Under the pieces are notes generated by a model. It was not told the DNA's origin, made no database searches, and was given only the letters and a program-made list of their open reading frames with translations. From Vibrio vulnificus CMCP6 (GTDB taxonomy: Bacteria > Pseudomonadota > Gammaproteobacteria > Enterobacterales > Vibrionaceae): a stretch of DNA of 32,000 nt. Numbering within the stretch: position 1 is the first letter of the stretch; each line of letters opens with the position of its first letter. Location: positions 2,211,127-2,243,126 of the forward strand of contig NC_004459.3 in the NCBI RefSeq assembly GCF_000039765.1, written 5' to 3'. Position numbers and translations under genes: made by a program. Below are positions 9,312 to 16,743 of the stretch, piece by piece.

Positions 9312-11831
9312 TTGGGCAACGATTCTATAATTATGAAACAAGAGTCGTATTTGGCATGGAGTTGGCCCATGGATGAGAAGTTAGTTGGTTCGTCGAGTGA
9401 AGTTCAGGCTCATGAAAATGTCATTGGTGTCGCGTTTGACTGGCGGCTCAACTTTGTTACTCAACGGTTTGAATGCGAAGAGAGTGCCGCCTATGCCTTA
9501 TTTGGTGTGGAGATCTTTCCCATTACCACCAAGCAGCTCATTCAGTGGTTGCCGATTTCTCAACGGAAAAAAGCGATCGATGCTTTTCGCCAAGTGTTAA
9601 CGACAGGTGTTAGTCAACGTTATCAATGTGCGCTCGTGACGCCGTTAAACATTGTCACTTTTGTTGAGTTTGATATTGAAAGGCAAGGAGAGAATCAGCT
9701 TGCCGGAACCGTCACACCATTATTGCTCCTGCGTGATGCCGATGAAGTGGCCGAGCTGTTTTACCGTTTGTTTGAAAACGATCACCACGGCATTTTAGTG
9801 ACCGATGAAGAGACTCGCATCCTTGCGTGTAATGCCTATTTTGAACGCCTCACTGGGTATCATCGCCGCGATCTTATCGGTCTTAAATCTCGTATTTTTA
9901 ACGCAGATAAACACTCTGAGCATTTCTATCAGTCGATGTGGCACGCCCTTGCGACGGAAGGCAGTTGGTCCGGGGCGATTTTGACCCGAACCTCAGGGGG
10001 AGAGAATACCCCACAAGATCTCACTATCCAAAAAGTGACTTTAGCGGGTCGAGACTATTTTATTGGGTTTAGTGCCGATCTCTCGACGCATCTCAATCGC
10101 CTTAATGATCGGGAAAAAGGAGGCATTGATCTGCTCACTCAGTTGCCCTCTAAAGAGAAGTTCCTGCGCTTATTGGAGGTTTGGCACCAAAGTGAGAGTG
10201 ACAAGTCAACGCTCCTGCTGCTGGCGATACAGCCGAATTTCTCTTACAGCACGGAGCTGAATGCGAAAAGAGAATTTGCTCAGTTTCTGTTTGAGCACAG
10301 CCATAACCACTTAGTGGGCTATCTTGGCAATGATCGCTTTGTTGTTGGGCTGGAGATTGAACATCATTCTCATATTTCTCTCATTCGTCAGGTTCGCCAA
10401 CGTATGAAGCGATTTTTTCACGGTTTCAAGCAAGCCAAAGGCGAAGTTTCGCAAGCGCTAACCCAAGGGAAAACCGGTGTTTCGGTACTCGGTGTTGATG
10501 CAAAAACGCCGGCGGCACTGTTCACGCATGCTAATCAGGCTCTGTTGGAAATGCATTCAGGGCAGCAACGGCACATCAGTTTTTATGATCATGCTATGCA
10601 CTTACAAATCGAAAAGAAAAAGCGCTTAGAAACCTTATTGCTTGAGTGTATCGAGCAGAAAACCATTGAAGTCCATTACCAGCCGATTATCGATCTACAA
10701 CAGTGGCGAGTGGATAAGTTCGAAGCTTTGTGCCGTTTCCCCCCCGCATTGAGTCAAGAAGCCTCGGTTCAGGAGTTGATCAATATCGCCGAGGACTTGG
10801 ACATGATTGAAATTCTCGACCAGCAGGTGGCAAGGCAAGCATTAAGCGATCTTGAGTATTTACAGTGTTGTTTTGGGCCACAAGTGGGTATTTCGTTTAA
10901 TCGTTCCATCAGTTCGTCAACGGGCGTCAGTCAGCTGTTGATGCAAACGGCGTTGCTGATTGATGAAAGTGGTGTACAACCTGATCAAGTGACGGTGGAA
11001 ATCACGGAAAATGCCTATTTTGAAAGTGAAGAACACAAAGCAGATGGCCTGAAGCTGCTACGTAAAGCGGGCGTTTCTGTTGCCGTTGACGATTTTGGTA
11101 CCGGCTACTCTTCGTTTCAATACCTCACCCAATGCCATTTTGATGTGCTCAAAATCGATCGCGCGTTTGTGCAAAATATTCGTGTGAACTCCAATCAATA
11201 TCGTATTGTGCGCTCGCTGACAGAGCTTTCGCATCAACTGGGCTTGCGGGTGGTGGCTGAAGGGGTAGAAAGCGAAACCGAGCTGCAAATTTTGGCACAA
11301 ATCGGTGTGGACAGCGTTCAGGGGTACTTTTTTGCTAAGCCTTTTGCCCTCAAAAGTGATGCCCAGCAGCAATTCGAAGCGCTCTCTTTGGCATCCTACC
11401 AGAAGAAGTACGGCTCGAAAGGGTGCGTCTGCGATCTTGCCACGCCCGCGACGCCTCATCTTGACCCGGGGGACCCAATCTCATTAGCGTTCGAATATTT
11501 GCAGCGAGATGAGCTCAACATTATCCCTGTGGTGGACGGGCGGAAATGTGTAGGGTTTGTCGATAGAGAAGCGATGAACTTGCATTTAACGCCAGGAATG
11601 GGCACCGAGCTGGAAACCATGAAAGAAGCCGGTTTGTGGAACAAGCGCGTCAATCAAGTGATGGTGTTGAATTTTTCAACGCTGCATTGGCACACACAAA
11701 TGAGCGCATTGGCGGTGGTCATTAACCAATTGGAATTGTTTCCTTGGATCATGGTGGATGACGATGGGGACTATAAAGGGGTAATTGAAATGCACTCGGT
11801 CCTTAAATATTTGCGCAAGAATCTTAGTTAG
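9312..11831 (+). CDS. PAS-PAS-degenerate GGDEF-EAL-CBS pair protein (predicted c-di-GMP phosphodiesterase), paralog 1
   Basis: The PAS core is FENDHHGILVTDEETRILACNAYFERLTGY. The GGDEF-like domain has ruined motifs (LTQLPSKEKF, AIQPNF, YLGNDRF). All EAL catalytic motifs are intact (EALCRF, FNRS, EITEN, DDFGTGYSS, KIDRAF, EGVES, QGYFFAKP). The C-terminal 130 aa or so resembles two CBS motifs (IIPVVDGRKCVGFVDRE and WIMVDDDGDYKGVIEMHSVLKYL). The start is ambiguous between the TTG at 9312 (AAGG upstream) and the ATG at 9333. Confidence 0.85.
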   Translation: MGNDSIIMKQESYLAWSWPMDEKLVGSSSEVQAHENVIGVAFDWRLNFVTQRFECEESAAYALFGVEIFPITTKQLIQWLPISQRKKAIDAFRQVLTTGVSQRYQCALVTPLNIVTFVEFDIERQGENQLAGTVTPLLLLRDADEVAELFYRLFENDHHGILVTDEETRILACNAYFERLTGYHRRDLIGLKSRIFNADKHSEHFYQSMWHALATEGSWSGAILTRTSGGENTPQDLTIQKVTLAGRDYFIGFSADLSTHLNRLNDREKGGIDLLTQLPSKEKFLRLLEVWHQSESDKSTLLLLAIQPNFSYSTELNAKREFAQFLFEHSHNHLVGYLGNDRFVVGLEIEHHSHISLIRQVRQRMKRFFHGFKQAKGEVSQALTQGKTGVSVLGVDAKTPAALFTHANQALLEMHSGQQRHISFYDHAMHLQIEKKKRLETLLLECIEQKTIEVHYQPIIDLQQWRVDKFEALCRFPPALSQEASVQELINIAEDLDMIEILDQQVARQALSDLEYLQCCFGPQVGISFNRSISSSTGVSQLLMQTALLIDESGVQPDQVTVEITENAYFESEEHKADGLKLLRKAGVSVAVDDFGTGYSSFQYLTQCHFDVLKIDRAFVQNIRVNSNQYRIVRSLTELSHQLGLRVVAEGVESETELQILAQIGVDSVQGYFFAKPFALKSDAQQQFEALSLASYQKKYGSKGCVCDLATPATPHLDPGDPISLAFEYLQRDELNIIPVVDGRKCVGFVDREAMNLHLTPGMGTELETMKEAGLWNKRVNQVMVLNFSTLHWHTQMSALAVVINQLELFPWIMVDDDGDYKGVIEMHSVLKYLRKNLS

Positions 11832-11932
11832 TTCGGCTGGTGTAACTGCGCCTCATCACCTAATTTTAAAGAGGCTAGGGTTTTTATTAACGTCAACGCA
11901 GTGGCTAGCGTGAGGTTCGTTAAGGAAAAACT

Positions 11933-14401
11933 ATGTTACAACCTTCCAGAGGAGAGTGGCGCTCTGGCGAACATTCCACCAAGTCATCATCGTATGGCTG
12001 GCAATGGAAACACGGTGATGCGTGCTTACATGTTGATGAAGCGCTATTTCGTCATTTTTGGCGTATCGGACTGAGTGAGGATGTCAGCGCGTTATTTTGG
12101 TCTTCGTTTGCCACCATCGACAAACTGCAATTACTCAACTTGCTCGACAGAGCGTGTCAATCCAAAAAATCAGGCAGCTACCGTTGTTGGATTAGCCTTA
12201 ACTCGGTCAGTCACTATGTGCTGTTTCGATTTGTTCCCCAAGCGGAGAATGCCGTAGAGGGGGAAATCCGCAAGCTGTTTAGTGTCGATACCAAAGGAAA
12301 TGAGTTTTCGACGCTGTTTCGCCAAGCGTTCGACAATGATCATCATGGCATTTTGCTCACGGATGCCGCGACACAGATCTTGCTGTGCAATCGCTACTTC
12401 GAAAATCACACAGGTTACAAACTCAATCAAATTGTTGGGCAGTGCGCATCGATTTTGGATTCAGGCAAACACAGCGATGAGTTTTACCAAAGCATCACTG
12501 AAGAGGTAAACAGCAAAGGGCTGTGGCAAGGCGTGGTGCTTATTCGTACCTTTGGTGGTGCGATTGTGCCGCAGGAACTGACGCTGCAAAAACTCACTTG
12601 TGACGACAAAGTCTATTACCTTGGTTTGTATGTGGACTTCTCTGATCGCCTCTATCGTCTGGCCGATATGGAGCATGGTGGCGTGGAGTTGTTGACACAA
12701 CTGCCCACAGAAAAGCAGTTTACCCAGCAACTGACAGTGCGCTGGATGGACTCGAATAATGATGATTTGTTAATGGTGCTGGCGTTTTTGCCCAACTTCG
12801 CGGCAGGTGATGAATATGAACTGAAACAACGTCTGTCAGAAAGCTTAGAAAAAAACCGCGTCAGTAGCGCCGTGGGTTATTTAGGCGGCAACCACTTTGT
12901 TGCGGCGATTGAATGCAACAAAAGCCAAGGACCGAATCAGGTTCAGATCATTCATCAAACCATCCGTAAGTTTTTCGCTCAGCTGACCCATTTGAGTGGA
13001 GAGGAAGTGCAAAATGCGCTGTTGCGCGGGAAAGTGGGTGTTTCGATACTTGGGCATGACACGCAAAACCCTAAAGTGATGGTGTCACACGCGGTACAAG
13101 CCATGCTTGAGCACGATGGTCAACATAAAGGCATGATCACCTTCTATCACGGTTCTATTCACCGAGAAGTGTTGCGCCGACGAGAGTTGGAAGAGCTGGT
13201 GGTGCGCTCGATCAAAGAGGAATCGGTAGAAGTGTTTTACCAGCCGATCATCGATACTGCGACGTGGGATATCGCCAAGTTTGAAGCGCTGTGCCGTTTT
13301 AAAGACAAACATGGTCAATGGCAAAACACGCAAGAGCTGGTCGGCATTGCTGAAGAGCTAGAGATGGTGGCGGATCTCGATTGGACGGTCGGTAAGAAGT
13401 CGCTGCAAGGACTGAAATCCATTCATGAACGTTTCGGTACCCGTATTGGCATAACGATTAACCGTTCGCTCAACACCAAACTTGGGGCGGAAGAGGTGCT
13501 GCAAAATGCCGAGCAGATGATCTGCCTGTATTCCGATACCCCAGAGCTGGTGACGGTAGAGCTAACAGAAAGTGCCTATTTTGACAGTGAATCGAGCCAA
13601 TCAGAGTTGATCAAGCGCATTCGCAACATGGGGGTCAGCGTTGCTATTGATGATTTTGGAACGGGGTACTCCTCCTTTACCTATCTCAGCGACTGTAATT
13701 TTGATCTGTTGAAAATTGATAAAGAGTTTGTGACCGATATTCATGTTGGTACACACAAGTACCACATTGTGCGAATGATTACGGAGTTGTCCCACACCCT
13801 CAACGTGAAAGTGGTGGCGGAAGGGGTAGAAACCAAACAAGAATTGGAAGTGCTGTGCGGGCTTGGGGTCGATTACATTCAGGGGTATTTCTTCTCGAAA
13901 CCTTTGCCTCTTGATCAGCTTCACCTTGCTTGGAATTATCAAAATCAGTTGAGTGATTTTCTTGAAAGTAATGAAAGCGTTAGGAGTATGGGAGTGCTGC
14001 GCATTGCGCAATCTTGTGTGCCGCAACTCGATCCGCAGGAAACGATCAAACAGGCTAAGTTATTGCTTGATGAAGGAAAGTACACGGTGTTGCCCATTGT
14101 GGATGAAGGCGTTTGCCTTGGCATCGTCGACAGAGAAACCCTCAACTTGCATCTTTCCCCCACGCTGGGGACCAAGCTAGAAACCACCAAAGATCTTGCT
14201 ATCTGTAAGCGAACCTTGAACCAAGTAATGAAAACGCAATTCTCAACCGTTGATGTGGCGACCAAGGCCGTCGAGATAAATGAACTGCTGAAACAATCGT
14301 TGCCATTGCCTTGGGTGATTTTGGACGAATCGGGGCAATATATGGGCATCGTGACTCACCAAGATGTGCTGCACTATGTGTCTGGTGAAGGGCTTTTTTG
14401 A
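11933..14401 (+). CDS. PAS-PAS-degenerate GGDEF-EAL-CBS pair protein (predicted c-di-GMP phosphodiesterase), paralog 2
   Basis: Collinear with paralog 1: FDNDHHGILLTDAATQILLCNRYFENHTGY, degenerate LTQLPTEKQF and YLGGNHF, and an intact EAL domain (EALCRF, INRS, ELTES, DDFGTGYSS, KIDKEF, EGVET, QGYFFSKP). CBS-like repeats are VLPIVDEGVCLGIVDRE and WVILDESGQYMGIVTHQDVLHYV. A good AAGGA RBS precedes the ATG at 11933. Confidence 0.88.
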   Translation: MLQPSRGEWRSGEHSTKSSSYGWQWKHGDACLHVDEALFRHFWRIGLSEDVSALFWSSFATIDKLQLLNLLDRACQSKKSGSYRCWISLNSVSHYVLFRFVPQAENAVEGEIRKLFSVDTKGNEFSTLFRQAFDNDHHGILLTDAATQILLCNRYFENHTGYKLNQIVGQCASILDSGKHSDEFYQSITEEVNSKGLWQGVVLIRTFGGAIVPQELTLQKLTCDDKVYYLGLYVDFSDRLYRLADMEHGGVELLTQLPTEKQFTQQLTVRWMDSNNDDLLMVLAFLPNFAAGDEYELKQRLSESLEKNRVSSAVGYLGGNHFVAAIECNKSQGPNQVQIIHQTIRKFFAQLTHLSGEEVQNALLRGKVGVSILGHDTQNPKVMVSHAVQAMLEHDGQHKGMITFYHGSIHREVLRRRELEELVVRSIKEESVEVFYQPIIDTATWDIAKFEALCRFKDKHGQWQNTQELVGIAEELEMVADLDWTVGKKSLQGLKSIHERFGTRIGITINRSLNTKLGAEEVLQNAEQMICLYSDTPELVTVELTESAYFDSESSQSELIKRIRNMGVSVAIDDFGTGYSSFTYLSDCNFDLLKIDKEFVTDIHVGTHKYHIVRMITELSHTLNVKVVAEGVETKQELEVLCGLGVDYIQGYFFSKPLPLDQLHLAWNYQNQLSDFLESNESVRSMGVLRIAQSCVPQLDPQETIKQAKLLLDEGKYTVLPIVDEGVCLGIVDRETLNLHLSPTLGTKLETTKDLAICKRTLNQVMKTQFSTVDVATKAVEINELLKQSLPLPWVILDESGQYMGIVTHQDVLHYVSGEGLF

Positions 14402-14496
14402 CGCCGCATCAATGAGAGTGGCTTGGCAAACTTTTGTGCGCTCATTGCTGTTCTCAAGTGCTTTGGGTATCATGCCTGCCCAGTTTTAGTCGCATT

Positions 14497-15195
14497 ATGT
14501 TGTTCATCATGATCCAGTTTTTACTCTCTTCTTTTGCTCCAATGTTGCTAGGAGCACAACTTGTTTTAACCCTCATTTTAGTGAAAGGCGATATTTGCCC
14601 GGGCCAACGTGGTCGTATCCATAAACTCTTGCCCGCGATTGGTTTGATGTGGATGGCGGTCTCTTCAATTGAGATTGCGGCTTTTCTGGTGGTGTTTGCC
14701 ATTTTCTATTTCTATTCCAAAGTACAAACCGGCAAAACGCGTGATGCAGGACCACTTTGGGTTCTCTACTTAGCCGATGGCTTAGCGGTGTCGTTTGTTG
14801 CGATTCAGGCGATGAAGCAACCCATGTGGGGGGCGTCTGTGGCGACGGTGATGATGGTGGTACTGCTTGGTGCGGCGTTTGCGCACTTGTTGTTAGTGAT
14901 TGCTCGCTCACGTTTGCAAGCCTTCCACCGCATTTTGCCGTTTAGTGGTATTGTGGCGGCGATGGGCCTAGCGCTTTCGTTGCTGGCTGTTGCGTCCGGT
15001 TTTGATAAGCAAGCACAGACTCAAGCCACAACCTTGATTCTCACCAGCCTTGCGCTGGTCATTGGCGGTATTGTCGTGTGGTGTTGGCACATTTTCAGCG
15101 GAAAAACCGCCAGCAAGATCCAGCTTTCAACCGCGTGGGTGATGGTCGTGGCGGCGACCGTCTCTATGCAGATTTTGTTTGTGGTGAATGGATAA
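14497..15195 (+). CDS. Polytopic inner-membrane protein (about 7 predicted TM segments); I do not recognise the family
   Basis: Reading the sequence by eye gives about 7 hydrophobic stretches separated by short loops with basic residues (for example KGDICPGQRGRIHK, SKVQTGKTRD, RSRLQAFHR). I prefer the ATG at 14497 (MLFIMIQF...) because the Cys-rich track extension from 14434 looks non-coding. This is a call from composition only. Confidence 0.6.
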   Translation: MLFIMIQFLLSSFAPMLLGAQLVLTLILVKGDICPGQRGRIHKLLPAIGLMWMAVSSIEIAAFLVVFAIFYFYSKVQTGKTRDAGPLWVLYLADGLAVSFVAIQAMKQPMWGASVATVMMVVLLGAAFAHLLLVIARSRLQAFHRILPFSGIVAAMGLALSLLAVASGFDKQAQTQATTLILTSLALVIGGIVVWCWHIFSGKTASKIQLSTAWVMVVAATVSMQILFVVNG

Positions 15196-15256
15196 GTCTC
15201 ATCTCTGACGAACATTCAAACATTTAGACCCGCTTCACTTTATCCAGTTGAAATAG

Positions 15257-15299
15257 TGACTACGCTTAATGGAGATGTACCAACAAAGGAGCGTAGTCA
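15257..15299 (+). promoter_or_regulatory. 5'-UTR stem-loop sequestering the RBS and start codon of the downstream small gene
   Basis: A perfect 10-bp inverted repeat, TGACTACGCT (15257-15266) and AGCGTAGTCA (15290-15299), encloses a 23-nt loop. The 3' arm overlaps the last bases of the AAGGAG SD (15286-15291) and the A of the ATG at 15299. Confidence 0.5.
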
Positions 15300-15499
15300 T
15301 GGATCTGAGTAACGTCGCCCGTTTAGACAGCATTATTCTACTGGGCATCGTCAACGAGAAGTTACGACTGGAATGCGACAGCTTTGAAGAGCTGGTCAGC
15401 ATGTACGAAATGGACGTTGAGCAAGTGGTCGGCAAACTGGATGTATTGGGTTATCAATACGATCCGCTCACCAACCAATTCAAATCATACTCTCGCTAG
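15299..15499 (+). CDS. Small cytoplasmic protein, DUF4250-like (66 aa)
   Basis: The sequence is MDLSNVARLDSIILLGIVNEKLRLECDSFEELVSMYEMDVEQVVGKLDVLGYQYDPLTNQFKSYSR. From memory it resembles the DUF4250 pattern (IVN-KLR ... NQF). A strong AAGGAG lies 7 nt before the ATG at 15299. The track start at 15269 lacks an RBS. Confidence 0.6.
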   Translation: MDLSNVARLDSIILLGIVNEKLRLECDSFEELVSMYEMDVEQVVGKLDVLGYQYDPLTNQFKSYSR

Positions 15500-15510
15500 T
15501 GACCATTCCC

Positions 15511-16422
15511 TTAAGCCATCTTGATGCCATCAAGATGGCTTTTGCATTGCTGTCTCGCCGTCGCAAAGAAGGCTTGAAGATAGCGTTTGTCTTTATCGGC
15601 ATTGCGTGTGGCGGCAAACAGTCGTCGCCACAATCCTTTACCTAATGGAATACTGGTGATCAGCCCTTGGCGAGAAAATTCACTGATCGCCCAGTTGGGC
15701 AAAGCCGCAACCCCCAAACCAGCCGAAACCATCTGCACTAGCATCAGTGTGTTGTCTGCTTGTTTCCAGCGAGCGGGCTCGACACCAGCGGGCGCCAAAA
15801 AGTGTTTCACCACATCTAAGCGTTGTTTTTGTACCGGATAAGTCAACATGGTTTGATCGGCGAGATCGTCAGGTTGTAAGCGCTCTTTGTTCGCTAGAGG
15901 ATGGTTGGTGGCGGTAATCAGGCGCATTTCAAAATCAAACAGTGGCTCGTAATGCACTTCAGAGCGAGGCTGGATATCGGACGTGATCACCAAATCCAGT
16001 TCGCCAGCCATCAAAGCGGGTAGGGGCTCAAAGCCAAAACCGGAGGAAAAATCGAGCGTCACACTCGGCCAGGTCAACTGATATTCCTTCAGAGCAGGCA
16101 TGAGCCACTGAAAGCAGGAGTGGCATTCAATCGCCATGTGTAAGCGGCCATTCACGTCTTCTTTTAAGCTCGCCAGTTCATTTTCTGCTCTGGCTAACTT
16201 CGGCAAAATCTCGTCGGCTAAGCGCAGCAAAATCTCCCCTTCTGAAGTGAATTTGACGGGGCGAGTTTTGCGTAAAAAGAGCTGACCACCAATGCGCGCT
16301 TCCAAATCTTTAATTTGATGGGAGAGCGCCGATTGAGTGAGATGCAGTGAGGTTGCCGTAGCGGTCAATGAGCCAGTGTCTCGCAATGACGTTAGTGTTT
16401 TTAAGTGTTTTAGCTCAATCAT
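15511..16422 (-). CDS. metR: LysR-family transcriptional activator MetR
   Basis: [41 protein letters not shown]...[14 protein letters not shown]...LDLVITSDI aligns residue-for-residue with my memory of E. coli MetR ([41 protein letters not shown]...IECHSCIQWLTPAL). The gene is divergent from metE, as in enterics. Confidence 0.93.
   Translation of the reverse strand: [303 protein letters not shown]
15514..15544 (+). terminator. Intrinsic terminator for the DUF4250-like gene, embedded in the 3' end of the convergent metR CDS
   Basis: AGCCATCTTGATGcCATCAAGATGGCT followed by TTTTG forms a stem of up to 13 bp. On the opposite strand the same bases encode the MetR C-terminus (...SHLDGIKMA). Confidence 0.6.
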
Positions 16423-16488
16423 GAATCCCTCTCAACCAATCGCTCGTTACATGAGCCTTTTTAACTTACTCAGTTTTTTTGGAGCTGT

Positions 16489-16504
16489 AAACATCTAGAC
16501 GTCT
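16489..16504. promoter_or_regulatory. Tandem MetJ-box-like repeat (met box)
   Basis: AAACATCT (6/8) is followed immediately by AGACGTCT (8/8) against the met-box consensus AGACGTCT. The repeat sits in the metR-metE divergent control region. Confidence 0.55.
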
Positions 16505-16603
16505 ATTTATTTTGGTTGATGTTTCTTTTCTTATGATGAATTTTTCTAATAAACAAGTTGAATAAATGGAGATTGTCGAAACGCGAGGTTAGCGAGATAG
16601 TTT

Positions 16604-16619
16604 AGCCATCCAGACATCT
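16604..16619. promoter_or_regulatory. Second MetJ-box-like repeat, proximal to metE
   Basis: AGCCATCC (5/8) followed by AGACATCT (7/8), about 125 bp upstream of the metE ATG. Confidence 0.4.
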
Positions 16620-16743
16620 TGTTGAATAAAGCGAACGAGATGCAACGAACGAGATGTCATGCATCCGCTCAGCAGCAGTTTGTGAGCAGCATAACCATCC
16701 CAGCATAGAAAAAATCACGCATAGAAAGAATAAGGAATTTGAC

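Noticed and set aside
11832-11932. Possible terminator between the two EAL-CBS paralogs
   Set aside because: Only weak 4-5 bp inverted repeats are present (CCTC...GAGG and GCTAG...CTAGC), with no convincing stem plus T-tract. I therefore leave operon status undetermined rather than call a terminator.
16654-16743. 30-codon N-terminal extension of metE in the ORF track. The ORFs at 388, 14434, 15269, 24736, 26534 and 28528 have similar 5' extensions.
   Set aside because: Internal ATGs with good Shine-Dalgarno sequences coincide with the conserved family N-termini. The extensions are Cys-rich or otherwise atypical, and the one at 28528 overlaps a terminator hairpin.
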